This document shows positions 40,460-50,421 of a DNA stretch of 64,000 nucleotides, piece after piece (positions within the stretch are counted from its first letter, which is position 1; every line of letters begins with the position of its first letter). Made by a program: the position numbers and the translations under genes. The notes below the pieces were generated by a model. That model saw only the letters and a list, made by a program, of their open reading frames with translations, was not told the origin of the DNA and searched no databases. The stretch covers positions 562,107-626,106 of the forward strand of contig CAYGFH010000001.1 in assembly GCA_964349125.1 (NCBI GenBank). The letters run 5' to 3'. This stretch comes from an uncultured Gammaproteobacteria bacterium. Its GTDB lineage: Bacteria; Patescibacteriota; Microgenomatia; UBA10105; UBA927.

Positions 40460-41098
40460 TTATATCATGCGAAGCGTTGACAGTATTTCAGTATCGTTTT
40501 GTATGTAATACCTGATTTCCAGGTTCTCCGGATCAAGCAGGCTGTACAACGCGCGGATATCACGGTCAGTATGCCTCACGCACCCGGAACTGCCTGGAGT
40601 ATCCGCTCCAAGTTTGGACACATCCCCATTCACACCATGAAGTCCGAATGCCCCTGGAAGCACCCAGTCGCACCCTCCACCACATTCAGGGTACGGCACG
40701 GGTCCATACGGAGACCCCTCAGACACGGGCACGTCCAGCTCCAAAAAATACGGTGCCGTCTCGGGATTATCTGTTGGGTATTTCGCGGTGATGAACCAAT
40801 ATGGCCTTCCAACTAATTGCGGCACAGGAGTAGGACGCTCGTTTGGTATGCCTGTTTTTACCCGAAAAAACGCAATTGGCATACTGGCATGGGAAACTCC
40901 GGGTTGACCGAAATACAGTACCTCCACCTGCAACTCTCGTGAGAGGGAGAACCAAAATCCATATGCTGTTATCATTTGGTCAATTGCCCGCACTGCATGC
41001 ACGCGAGGGAGTGTCACGTACACACACAGCGAAAAAACCGATAGAATGGTCCCAATCTGATAAAATACCTGTATGATGAGACGTGCAGTTCTGTTCAT
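40460..41098 (-). CDS. L,D-transpeptidase (YkuD-family)
   Basis: Catalytic motif HG...SSGCVRHTDRDIRALY. Start placed at MNRTARL... (signal anchor), which puts it 26 nt past the start of the divergent gene. Confidence 0.55.
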   Translation of the reverse strand: MNRTARLIIQVFYQIGTILSVFSLCVYVTLPRVHAVRAIDQMITAYGFWFSLSRELQVEVLYFGQPGVSHASMPIAFFRVKTGIPNERPTPVPQLVGRPYWFITAKYPTDNPETAPYFLELDVPVSEGSPYGPVPYPECGGGCDWVLPGAFGLHGVNGDVSKLGADTPGSSGCVRHTDRDIRALYSLLDPENLEIRYYIQNDTEILSTLRMI

Positions 41099-42164
41099 CG
41101 TGTTGGGTATTGTATCAATACTTGCGTGGCGGTGGTACCACCCACCGTTTGTCCCCGTTGTCACGGGTATCCCCACCCGACCGACTCCTACTGTCACACC
41201 CACACCATCTCCGACTCCGAAGCCTATTCCCGCATCGTTTCTGATACCGGGTGGCACGCATGTATTTCAGACATTTAACAACTGCGGTCCCGCCGCGTTA
41301 TCGATGGCACTATTCTATGTCGGTATAAACAAAAACCAAACTGAACTGGGGCTCGAGCTTCGTCCGTATCAGGTGCCTGGAGGAGACAACGATGACAAGT
41401 CCGTGACACTTAAAGAACTGGGAGATAAAGCCATAGCATTAGGGCTCGTTTCCTATCACCGTCCGGGCGGCACCACCCAGTTGGTGAAACGGTTTATCGT
41501 AGCAGGCATTCCGGTGATCACCAGAACGAGACTGAAGAAGGAAGATGACATAGGACACTTCAGAATTATCAAAGGGTACGATGATGCCTCGGGCGAATTT
41601 ATACAGGATGATTCTCTGCAAGGGAAAAACCTCCGGTATTCGTACGCCGATTTTTCTGCACTCTGGCAGACCTTCGGGTATGAGTATCTTATTATTTCCC
41701 GCCCGGAAAAAATCGCAGAAATTCTTGCCATATTGGGCGATCAGGCGGATGAAACGGTCGCATGGAGGCACGCAGCAGATCAGGCAAGAAATGTGCTCAA
41801 AACTAACCCATCAGATATGTATACAGGCCTAAATCTCTCCGTTGCTTTGTATCATATTGGGGATTTCTCCGGGTCTGTAGCAGAATTTGAGAAAGTGGAA
41901 TCCCGACTTCCCTTTCGCACGCTCTGGTACCAAATCGAGCCGATGTTATCGTACTATGAACTGAAACATGACGCCCGCGTGTTTGACATTACAGACAGGA
42001 TTCTCAGCAATCAGAATCGCGCGTATTCTGAACTCTACCTACTTCGTGGGCGCGTCTACCAAAGACAGGGAAACACAGAAAAAGCCCGCGAAGAATTTGC
42101 AAAAGCGGTACTCTATAATACGTCACTGGGAGAAGCCCGTGAGGCGCTAAGTTCTCTACGCTAG
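41073..42164 (+). CDS. Peptidase C39-like domain protein with C-terminal TPR repeats
   Basis: NNCGPAALSMAL (catalytic-Cys context of the C39-like fold) and a TPR-like C-terminus. Confidence 0.5.
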   Translation: MMRRAVLFIVLGIVSILAWRWYHPPFVPVVTGIPTRPTPTVTPTPSPTPKPIPASFLIPGGTHVFQTFNNCGPAALSMALFYVGINKNQTELGLELRPYQVPGGDNDDKSVTLKELGDKAIALGLVSYHRPGGTTQLVKRFIVAGIPVITRTRLKKEDDIGHFRIIKGYDDASGEFIQDDSLQGKNLRYSYADFSALWQTFGYEYLIISRPEKIAEILAILGDQADETVAWRHAADQARNVLKTNPSDMYTGLNLSVALYHIGDFSGSVAEFEKVESRLPFRTLWYQIEPMLSYYELKHDARVFDITDRILSNQNRAYSELYLLRGRVYQRQGNTEKAREEFAKAVLYNTSLGEAREALSSLR

Positions 42165-42363
42165 CGCTTGGGATGCAGTACTGTTCTTGATGTTCCCCCT
42201 CGCCATTTCCCACATATCCCGCATCTTCCAATTGATCCAACAGTCGCGCTGCCCGGGAATATCCTATCTGCAATTTCTCCTGAAGGACACTAGTCGGTAT
42301 TGTATCCAAATGTTCCAACAGTCTCACCGCGTCATCAAATACACTGTCTTGTACATCCTTCAT
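42004..42363 (-). CDS. Stand-alone FtsK-gamma (KOPS-binding winged-helix) domain protein
   Basis: SVFDDAVRLL...LQEKLQIGYSRAARLLDQLEDAGYVG matches the FtsK gamma consensus (D.AV.....S.LQR.L.IGY.RAAR..D.ME..G.VG). Confidence 0.45.
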   Translation of the reverse strand: MKDVQDSVFDDAVRLLEHLDTIPTSVLQEKLQIGYSRAARLLDQLEDAGYVGNGEGEHQEQYCIPSASVENLAPHGLLPVTYYRVPLLQILRGLFLCFPVFGRRAHEVGRVQNTRDSDC

Positions 42364-42415
42364 ATCTCCAGTATACACTGGTGTATTTTAATCAGGTGCA
42401 TAGTACACTATATCT

Positions 42416-43267
42416 ATGAACCGACCTGAACAATCAAACAATGTATATAAAATGCTTTCGATCGCATTACTCTGTCTTTTTGCAGGACTTGGGATTGGCT
42501 ACTATATAGCCAAAAATCCGGTGAGAGTTTTTGAACCGCAGGGATGTACAATGGAAGCAAAAATCTGTCCTGACGGATCCGCTGTCGGACGCACTGGTCC
42601 GAAGTGCGAGTTTAGCCCCTGCCCACCTGAGACGAGAAAACAACCACAGGGTGACACAAACACGACAACAAATTCGGGCAGGTTTAGCAAACGATTGTTT
42701 GATCCCAATGGAACAATCATAGAGACTGCACCATTCCCCAAGGAAATGACGAAAATATCAGATAGCGCACTGGTTGGATTACAGTGCTCAGGGTTTTACT
42801 ACAATTACGGGAATGGGGGGTTTTTGATGGAAACAGAATCAGGATCAAAAGAGATGACGGATGCCCTACTACTTGATGTGGCCAGTAAACATCCGACGAT
42901 ATCTGCCCTATCCTCATGTAGGACAGAAACAGGCGGCACCATAGTACACTATGAGATTGAAGCAGGAGCTGCAGGTGCTGGGAACACCTCTTCCTTTTTT
43001 ACTCTGGAGACAGATGGCAGTCTCAAAAAGATTTCAAGTATATCCAATGACGGTGCACCGTATTTCATTTGCAGCAGACCGTACATGCTGACAGATAAAA
43101 ATATAGTGTATTGGGGGTGCGGCGGCGGAGACGGCGGATTCGGCCAATCATCCGTCTATGCGATCGACTTGAATACATCTTCAACCAGAAGAGTTATCAA
43201 GTGTACATCCACCGCAGACAGCGAGTCAGCCGATCCCGGCGGACCAAGTACAGTGAAGTGTGAATAG
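42416..43267 (+). CDS. Hypothetical secreted protein
   Basis: N-terminal signal anchor. No known domain. Confidence 0.35.
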   Translation: MNRPEQSNNVYKMLSIALLCLFAGLGIGYYIAKNPVRVFEPQGCTMEAKICPDGSAVGRTGPKCEFSPCPPETRKQPQGDTNTTTNSGRFSKRLFDPNGTIIETAPFPKEMTKISDSALVGLQCSGFYYNYGNGGFLMETESGSKEMTDALLLDVASKHPTISALSSCRTETGGTIVHYEIEAGAAGAGNTSSFFTLETDGSLKKISSISNDGAPYFICSRPYMLTDKNIVYWGCGGGDGGFGQSSVYAIDLNTSSTRRVIKCTSTADSESADPGGPSTVKCE

Positions 43268-43281
43268 ATCTTTCATTCATT

Positions 43282-43345
43282 TGTCATTGCGAGCGAAGCG
43301 CGGCAATCTCGCTTTTCTTGTTTGTCATTCAAACCATCAACCATA
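43282..43345 (+). repeat. REP/MITE-like intergenic element, copy B (TGTCATTGCGAGCGAAGCGCGGCAATCTCGCTTTTCTT...)
   Basis: Starts 15 nt after a stop codon. GCGAG/CTCGC stem followed by a T-run. Confidence 0.55.
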
Positions 43346-43372
43346 AAATAGAAACTATCCGGCTATGCTTTG

Positions 43373-44266
43373 TTATTTCGCCTTAGGCTTCTGTAGCTCA
43401 AGCGGCTCCATAGTTAAAATTCGGGAGTGTACAGGATCAGGAGCATTGGGTTTTATAAGGAACGGTAACGATAGTATCAATATATTTATGAGAGTAAATT
43501 CAGATACCACAGCGTACATTCGATTGAGAATCAATAGTCCCCAAGCAAGCATAATCATAAATAGCACTTTTGCAGGAGTGGTGTTTTCTTCGGTAAAATT
43601 CTTTATAACACACCCCATATACTCACGTATTTCCTCCAAACGCTCGGGCATTGTCTGACGTTTGCTTGGTATGGGAATGATAAACAACAGTCCCAGAATA
43701 GGAAGTCCAATGGAAGCAAACATCATACCGGACATAATAATCTGCAACACTGGCACGCGAACAAGCACATCAAACGATGGGAATATTTTTGTAAACTGAT
43801 CCAGCTGTATAAAAAACAGCATCAGATATATCAGATCATTCCAAAAGTACAATACAATTTGTTTTGTGTAGTCCAGCTCTCTTCTCTCAAAAATACTATG
43901 GATCACGATTGCGGTGGGGATAACTGATATGCAAATCAAAGGAGGAACAAACCGAGCAGGAATCAAAAACAGTATGGCATACCAGAGGATAATAGAATGT
44001 ACAGCAACGATATGTTCATTTACTTTCGGTATAAGCGCATTTCTAAATGAAAAAAAGGTCAGACTGATACAAATAAAAAAATATTTAATTAAGTGATCAT
44101 GTATATCATAGTGCGTCTCATTTTTATCAGGCAGAAGCCCGAGAAAGAAGGAGAATAGGATAACAAAAACAAAATTCCGTACAGCAGTCAGATTCTGTAA
44201 TTTTGGAGCAACATGCAAAAAGATGCCGAGACTAAACCAGAAGGTAACTATATAGGCAGGATCCAT
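43373..44266 (-). CDS. Hypothetical polytopic membrane protein
   Basis: About 8 predicted TM helices. Confidence 0.35.
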   Translation of the reverse strand: MDPAYIVTFWFSLGIFLHVAPKLQNLTAVRNFVFVILFSFFLGLLPDKNETHYDIHDHLIKYFFICISLTFFSFRNALIPKVNEHIVAVHSIILWYAILFLIPARFVPPLICISVIPTAIVIHSIFERRELDYTKQIVLYFWNDLIYLMLFFIQLDQFTKIFPSFDVLVRVPVLQIIMSGMMFASIGLPILGLLFIIPIPSKRQTMPERLEEIREYMGCVIKNFTEENTTPAKVLFMIMLAWGLLILNRMYAVVSEFTLINILILSLPFLIKPNAPDPVHSRILTMEPLELQKPKAK

Positions 44267-44334
44267 AAAACTATCGTACTCTTTTTGTATAAAAATCTGT
44301 AGACTGGCTTTTCCGCGTTTGCTACATTGTATAT

Positions 44335-44466
44335 ATGAAACGAAAATCTTCCATAAAGCCGAAGAGTAAGAAAACCTCCCGTCCCCTTCTTATCGGCATC
44401 ACTTCAGCAGCTCTTGCTCTACTTGCCACAGTCGCAGGCTTCCTTAAAGGCACGAAGTGTAAATAA
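44335..44466 (+). pseudogene. Internally deleted paralog remnant of the thermonuclease gene at 52601..53272 (43 codons)
   Basis: MKRKSSIKPKSKKTSRPLLIGITSAALALLATVAGFLKGTKCK* matches the N-terminus (RPLLIGITAAALALLTSVA) and C-terminus (GFVKGTKCK*) of the full-length nuclease. Confidence 0.45.
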
Positions 44467-44479
44467 ATTTACATCTAGC

Positions 44480-45460
44480 TTATTTTCCCAACAAAAGTGT
44501 GATCAGGCCAATAATTGTATCTTTTTTTGATGGGGCACTTTCTGCAATCAGAAGCGTTAATACAGTGAGTGCATCTGGAGAAAGTTTTTTAGAATCAAGG
44601 CGTTTTGCCCGATTTAAAAACCACACAAAGGCAAACGCACCAGAGCGTTTATTCCCATCAATAAACGGATGATTCTTTACGATAAAATACAGCAGGTGTG
44701 CTGCTTTTTCTTCAATACTTGGATACACATCTTCATCATTAAATGATTGGAGGATATTTCCAACGATTCCTTCAATTGCCTGCTTTGTTCTTTCTACAGC
44801 AAACAAGTCACTCGCCTCGCCTTTTCGAATCAATTCTTTCTTTAGAAGCTCAATACTACCAAGTAAATCGCCAGAAGTTACAGCTAGAGTTTTTTTAGTA
44901 ACTCCAACTCCAGTAAATACACCTCTGTCGTATGCATCCAAAGAAAACCAGGTGTGTGCAAATTCTTTTATTAGATCTATTACTTTCTTTGAATCTATCT
45001 CTGTGGAACCAGGCAGCAATGTCTGTATCTCAGTAACTGATTTCATAAACGCATCGTAATTCTTCGCGATTCGTTTTCGATTGATCGTATATCCATTGGT
45101 AATATGATCACGCAACGTTTTGGTTGCCCAAATACGAAATTGTGTTGCCCTTTTGGAATTTACTCTATATCCGACAGATATAATCATATCTAGGTTATAG
45201 TGATTCATCTCACGCTCAACATTTCTTGCTCCTTCTTTTTGAACTATCCGGAAATTCCGGAGAGTTGACCGTTCTTTAAGCTCAGAATCTGAATAAATGT
45301 TGAGTATATGCTCACTCACAGTCCTTATGTCGATATCAAATGCAGAAGCGATTTGCGCCTGTGTTGCCCAAATGGTTTCATGTGTGACATCTCCTCGGAG
45401 TTCTATTGCCCCGTTTTTCGCCTGATAAATAATTGGCTGCTGAACCACTTTCTGTTTCAT
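44480..45460 (-). CDS. RhuM-family protein with C-terminal Fic/Doc domain
   Basis: RhuM-type N-terminus (IIYQAKNGAIELRGD...ETIWATQAQIA) and the Fic/Doc core motif HPFIDGNKRSG. Confidence 0.7.
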   Translation of the reverse strand: MKQKVVQQPIIYQAKNGAIELRGDVTHETIWATQAQIASAFDIDIRTVSEHILNIYSDSELKERSTLRNFRIVQKEGARNVEREMNHYNLDMIISVGYRVNSKRATQFRIWATKTLRDHITNGYTINRKRIAKNYDAFMKSVTEIQTLLPGSTEIDSKKVIDLIKEFAHTWFSLDAYDRGVFTGVGVTKKTLAVTSGDLLGSIELLKKELIRKGEASDLFAVERTKQAIEGIVGNILQSFNDEDVYPSIEEKAAHLLYFIVKNHPFIDGNKRSGAFAFVWFLNRAKRLDSKKLSPDALTVLTLLIAESAPSKKDTIIGLITLLLGK

Positions 45461-45561
45461 ACAAAATTAGTATATCACCACTTTTTATAATACATTTCAT
45501 CGCGACGAATCTTGAGCTTATCAAAGGGATGACACTAAAAGCATATAGAATATATATTTAA

Positions 45562-46710
45562 TTATTTTCTTTCAGAAAATATATTGAGATATTCTTTATA
45601 GAGATAAGATTGACCATACGTTATATCAGTATCTTTTGGAGAAAGAATATTCATCTCAATAAATCGATTAATCACCTCTTGAGAACCAGGTCTGCTAAAG
45701 CCAGTCCATTGTTGAATAACTGCCACATTTATAATTGGCTGCGCAAAGAGTTTAGGCATAACGAGCATCGCTGATTCCGCAGCACGTTTGCCTAAATTCT
45801 GAATCTTCATCATATCCTGCTCGCGGAGTTTTGTAATCTTGTCTACCGTAATAATAGCTTCATTAGCAATTTCTATAACACCATCAAGGAAAAAATCTAT
45901 CCACGAAACAACATTACCATTGTGATAACTAGTTAATTTTTCATAATAGACTTCTTGATGTCTTTTAAAATATGAAGAAAGGAAAAGAACAGGGCTTTCT
46001 AGAAAATGCTCATGCCACAGGAAAAAGGTAATAAGCATTCTGCCGGTTCTTCCATTTCCATCTAGGAAAGGATGAATAGTTTCAAATTGAGCATGCAATA
46101 TACCTGCTTTAATTACAGTAAGTAAGTCATCATTCGCATAAAAATATTTCTCCAATTCATCAAGCGCTTGTTTCATTTCTTCTACAGGTGGTGGAACATA
46201 TCTAGCGTTATCTGGTCTTGTACCACCTATCCAATTTTGGGTTTTTCTAAACTCACCAGGATCTGCGAAATGTGTAGCTCTGGCTTTACTCATAAGTTCC
46301 TTATGTAATTCCCTCAAAAAACGGAGTGAGAATGGAAAATTTTCCTTCTTCGCCCTGTCCATACCGTATCGAAGTGCAGTAATATAATGGAGAATATCAT
46401 CCACATCAGCAGGGACATTTGTGTTTGTTTTTACTTCCGCTTCGATAGCGTCAATCATAGTGGCCATGGTACCTTCAATCTGGCTTGAAGCGGCGGCATC
46501 TTTTCGCAAATACATCAGGAGAAAGAAATCCAAATCTGGAAGTAATTTAGTAATTCCATCAAGCTTGCCGACGAGTCTTGTAGCCTCACTGGCTTTTTTA
46601 ATAGTTGTGCCGTCAAAGATAAATCCACCTTCGGGAGGAAACTGAGCAGGAATAAATGCTTTAAAACCTTGAGGTTGTTTTCGCAAAATTCCGATCGTAT
46701 TGGCGTCCAT
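45562..46710 (-). CDS. Fic-family protein (adenylyltransferase-like)
   Basis: Canonical Fic motif HPFLDGNGRTGR. Confidence 0.85.
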   Translation of the reverse strand: MDANTIGILRKQPQGFKAFIPAQFPPEGGFIFDGTTIKKASEATRLVGKLDGITKLLPDLDFFLLMYLRKDAAASSQIEGTMATMIDAIEAEVKTNTNVPADVDDILHYITALRYGMDRAKKENFPFSLRFLRELHKELMSKARATHFADPGEFRKTQNWIGGTRPDNARYVPPPVEEMKQALDELEKYFYANDDLLTVIKAGILHAQFETIHPFLDGNGRTGRMLITFFLWHEHFLESPVLFLSSYFKRHQEVYYEKLTSYHNGNVVSWIDFFLDGVIEIANEAIITVDKITKLREQDMMKIQNLGKRAAESAMLVMPKLFAQPIINVAVIQQWTGFSRPGSQEVINRFIEMNILSPKDTDITYGQSYLYKEYLNIFSERK

Positions 46711-46872
46711 ACTTTGTTACTATCTTTTTAGAGATGTAAACAAACTATACTACTTAGTTTACATCTTGTCAAGTGATGTAAACAAACTTATACGTGGATT
46801 TAAGCCATTAATACACGGTTTCTCTACATAATATCTTCTGTCGATTCACGATTAGCGGTTACCCCTTTTCCC

Positions 46873-47508
46873 TTATAAATTCTCTCCACACGTATTCTCA
46901 CACTGAAACACCTGCTCGGGATCATTAGGAAATTTCTTTTCGCATGCCTGCACACAGGTTTTACACGCAGTAAATTGTGTGTCTTCAATTTGTTTGCATG
47001 ATCCATTCACTACACCGCACGTTGCAAATTGCCGACACCGGTCTCCAAGTTGATACATCTCCGTGCACATCTGGGCGGGATTGCTTCCGCAGACGATGTC
47101 CAGCCCATGGCAATTTTCTATTCCACAGGTTGAAGTTATTACAGGAGGTTTCGTATCGGGATTATTTAGTCCCGTGCATCTATAATTTATTTCCGCCGTT
47201 CTTGTTTCTTCTTTCACCACACATGCCGGGTTGCATCCCTCATGTCTGCTGTTTAGATTTGCACTAAACCACCAGGTTTTAGAGTATTCATTATATGTTC
47301 CAGACCCAAGTGCTTCCCCACCTTTTATACAGGAGTTTTCCGCTATGTTTCGAGCTTCCTTTTCCGTCAACAGTGCATTTGCTGTATTCGTTGGTTTTTT
47401 GGAAAAGAGCACATCATACTTAGACAGCACAAACATGCCGATAGCGAAGACAATTCCAAGTGCCACACAAAACGCAAGAACAGTTTGAAGTATTTTACTC
47501 ATATTCAC
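46873..47508 (-). CDS. Hypothetical Cys-rich secreted protein
   Basis: Signal anchor followed by about 20 Cys in the mature part. Confidence 0.35.
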   Translation of the reverse strand: MNMSKILQTVLAFCVALGIVFAIGMFVLSKYDVLFSKKPTNTANALLTEKEARNIAENSCIKGGEALGSGTYNEYSKTWWFSANLNSRHEGCNPACVVKEETRTAEINYRCTGLNNPDTKPPVITSTCGIENCHGLDIVCGSNPAQMCTEMYQLGDRCRQFATCGVVNGSCKQIEDTQFTACKTCVQACEKKFPNDPEQVFQCENTCGENL

Positions 47509-47525
47509 ATCTTATCAGGATTCAT

Positions 47526-48077
47526 TTATTTAGGAAGCGAACTCTTAACGCATGCGCTGACAATTCGTTCAACGATTGGTTCGGATTGTGTTGGCTCAGC
47601 CCAAAGAGTCGGCTCTGTAAATGCGATGGAAAAAGCCTCAAAATCTATACTTTTTCCAATTAGCTCTTTTTGTAATTGTGCTTTCATTTGATCAAATTTT
47701 GAGTCAAGTATATTACCTGCAACTGTGATCTCGTTATCGAAATTTATGCTTATAGCACCACGAATGGATGCATGGGATATATCTACTGCTGGAGTTGTGT
47801 TATCAAAATATGCTGAAATAAACATATCTTTCCATTCCATTTCCCAAAATACTGAATTATCAGAGTATCTACTGAAATTGATAGCAACCGTATTACCTTC
47901 AAAATCAGAAAATTCCTGTCTGCCTGTCCAAGATATACTGTCATCCATACCAAAAGTTTCTTGCACACGCCTGGTAAACGTAACTCCTTCTAATCGTTTA
48001 TTCCATTTAACTATATCTTCTGGTCGCATGGACCTTTCATGTTCATTCATAACATTGCTTGCATTATTATACTGCAA
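47526..48077 (-). CDS. Hypothetical protein
   Basis: ORF only. Confidence 0.3.
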   Translation of the reverse strand: MQYNNASNVMNEHERSMRPEDIVKWNKRLEGVTFTRRVQETFGMDDSISWTGRQEFSDFEGNTVAINFSRYSDNSVFWEMEWKDMFISAYFDNTTPAVDISHASIRGAISINFDNEITVAGNILDSKFDQMKAQLQKELIGKSIDFEAFSIAFTEPTLWAEPTQSEPIVERIVSACVKSSLPK

Positions 48078-48171
48078 TATGAAATTTCATAAAATGAATT
48101 GGAGCAGCAGATTTTATGAATCCTCAACTTCACCATTCATAATTCAAATATAGTAGTATCATACCTACTAC

Positions 48172-48684
48172 ATGCCACACCAGATATTTCATGAATCGGT
48201 CGTATATCTATATGTCCTTACGCTCAGCATTATTCTGACTGTTGCGTATATACAAGGGTTGCTCACCTCATTTCTACAAGCAGGATTATCCATCATATCT
48301 TGTGCATTTGATCTCATTTTTGGAAAAATATTTTTAGGTTGGGTATCACGCACCCGCGACGCAATAGCCTTTCGCATCACGGATCCCGTAAATTCGTTTA
48401 TAGACAGAATACCCAGAGGCTTCAAAGCCATGTTTTTTACACTGTTAGGATACAGCATATTTGTGTTGGATCATCTGTATAACACGACACTATTTGCAGA
48501 AGATGAAACAACATTTTATGACATTGTTATATACGGTCACAAATACTGGATAACAGATTATGCTCTCATGATTGGTGGAGTATTTCTTTCTTATGGACTC
48601 CTGTATTTTTTTATTCTTATCTCAGAAGTCATTCTTTATTTCGTCGACCGACGCATTAAAATTTTCGTCGTAGTACGGAGGTAA
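48172..48684 (+). CDS. Hypothetical membrane protein
   Basis: Four predicted TM helices. Confidence 0.3.
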   Translation: MPHQIFHESVVYLYVLTLSIILTVAYIQGLLTSFLQAGLSIISCAFDLIFGKIFLGWVSRTRDAIAFRITDPVNSFIDRIPRGFKAMFFTLLGYSIFVLDHLYNTTLFAEDETTFYDIVIYGHKYWITDYALMIGGVFLSYGLLYFFILISEVILYFVDRRIKIFVVVRR

Positions 48685-48779
48685 CCCCGGTTAACAACAG
48701 TAACGCACTTGAAAGTGCAGATAATACACCTCTCTTGTTCATTTGCTCTTTTACACCCCAAGTCTTATAGTATCAGTAT

Positions 48780-49930
48780 ATGCCACGGGATATCGTAAAA
48801 GAAGCACAACGTATAGAGCTCCATACCAATTCTTCAGATGATGCGCGTGATAGTATGTTCGACGATGCGGTGCAACTTGTTGCAAAACACGACATGGCTT
48901 CAGCATCTCTGCTTCAACGCAACCTTTCATTCGGGTACGCCAGGGCAGCCAGAGTACTCGATCAACTCGAAGAAGCAGGTGTCATTGGTCCTGCCGAAGG
49001 GTCCAAACCTCGTGAAGTCCTTATTTCTTCGTATGAAGACTATATAAATAGATCATTTAAAAAGCCAAACGTTGCCCTTGATGAAACAGATCCTGATTGG
49101 AACTCCTACAAATCTCCGAATTGGAAATCGCATGTAACACACTCATCATCAATTCTGCTGTTTGACGCAATTTCCAAAAACAGTGGTACTTCCCCGTTAT
49201 CGTTTCCAATCGGCTGGGAAAAAGAATCACTGAAAATCACGACTCTGTTAGAGACACCGCACTGTATTATCACGGGAAGCCCGCACAGCAGAAAATTGGA
49301 ATTTTTGGATACCATGCTTTTGTCACTTATAGCAGTAGCGTCTCCAATAAATTTGCGCATAGTGCTACTCGACGGCGCTCATTATTTGTCGCCATATACC
49401 GGCATTCCTCATCTGCTCACGCCGGTTACAGCTGAACCGGATAAAGCACTCGCAGCACTTCGGTGGGGAGAAATGGAAATGGAGCGCAGATGGAACGAAT
49501 TTTCAAAAGCAAACTGCAGGGATATTGCCTCATATAACAAAGCGTCATCAAATCCCATGAGTCATATAGTGTATGGCATCACCCAGATAGAGTATGTATG
49601 TCCTATGCAACAAATGAATTCATAGAGGGTCTTAAACATCTGACGTCGTTGGGATCCCGCGCCGGAATTCATATGGTGCTGGTATCAGATTCATTAGCAT
49701 CCCGTACTATTGCCAAAGAGATTAGAGAAAATATTCCAAATGTCATCTCGTTTAAGTCGACATGGGATGGAAGTTCAAAGCCAAAAGACTCCGAAGGTCT
49801 CGCACCAAACGAATTACTGTATAAAAATGATGCGGATAACACAGTAACGACACTGGATGCTCCATTGTTAGAAGAATCCGAAGTTCTAGGAATTCTTACG
49901 GAAATAAAAAAGAGCAACAATCATCCTTAG
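48780..49930 (+). pseudogene. Degenerate FtsK/SpoIIIE-like ATPase with an N-terminal gamma domain, split by a frameshift (48780..49625 frame 0; 49598..49930 frame 2)
   Basis: Gamma domain [10 protein letters not shown]...[27 protein letters not shown] at the N-terminus. Motor-domain blocks [24 protein letters not shown] and, in the second frame, AGIHMVLVSDSLASRTI...IPNVISF. The Walker A is degenerate (ITGSPHSRK rather than GTTGSGKS) and the Walker B is LLDG. Confidence 0.6.
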
Positions 49931-50379
49931 AAATTCTCTATCACAAGTTTTTTCATTTCCATCATATTGGCAAATGCATTCGGGCGCTTCATCAGTTCCC
50001 CCATATTCTCCGGGACTATTTGCCAACTTAACCCGTATTTGTCTTTGCACCATCCGCACTGTTCGGATTCCTTGACGCTTGAAAGCTTACTCCAATAATA
50101 ATCAATTTCTTCCTGATCTTTACATGGGACGGCAAAAGATACAGATTCATTAAACGTAAATTCAGGTCCGGCATTGATTGCCATAAATTTGTTGCCAGAA
50201 AGTTCAAATTCTACTGTCAATACTTTTCCGGCCAAGTCTTTTTGAAAATCAGCCAGTCCCTCACTGGGATAATATTCTGTGGACAATATTTTACTGTCAG
50301 GAAATACAGATACATAAAAGTCTACAGCTTCCTTCGCATTCCCATTGAACCATAAATTTGGAGTGATCGTTTTTTTCAT
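49927..50379 (-). CDS. VOC-family protein, PhnB-like
   Basis: MKKTITPNLWFNGNAKEAVDFY N-terminus typical of the PhnB/3-demethylubiquinone-9 methyltransferase-like glyoxalase fold. Confidence 0.55.
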   Translation of the reverse strand: MKKTITPNLWFNGNAKEAVDFYVSVFPDSKILSTEYYPSEGLADFQKDLAGKVLTVEFELSGNKFMAINAGPEFTFNESVSFAVPCKDQEEIDYYWSKLSSVKESEQCGWCKDKYGLSWQIVPENMGELMKRPNAFANMMEMKKLVIENF

Positions 50380-50421
50380 ATGATTTATTGTAACATACCA
50401 CACATAACGCACTCGCACAGT

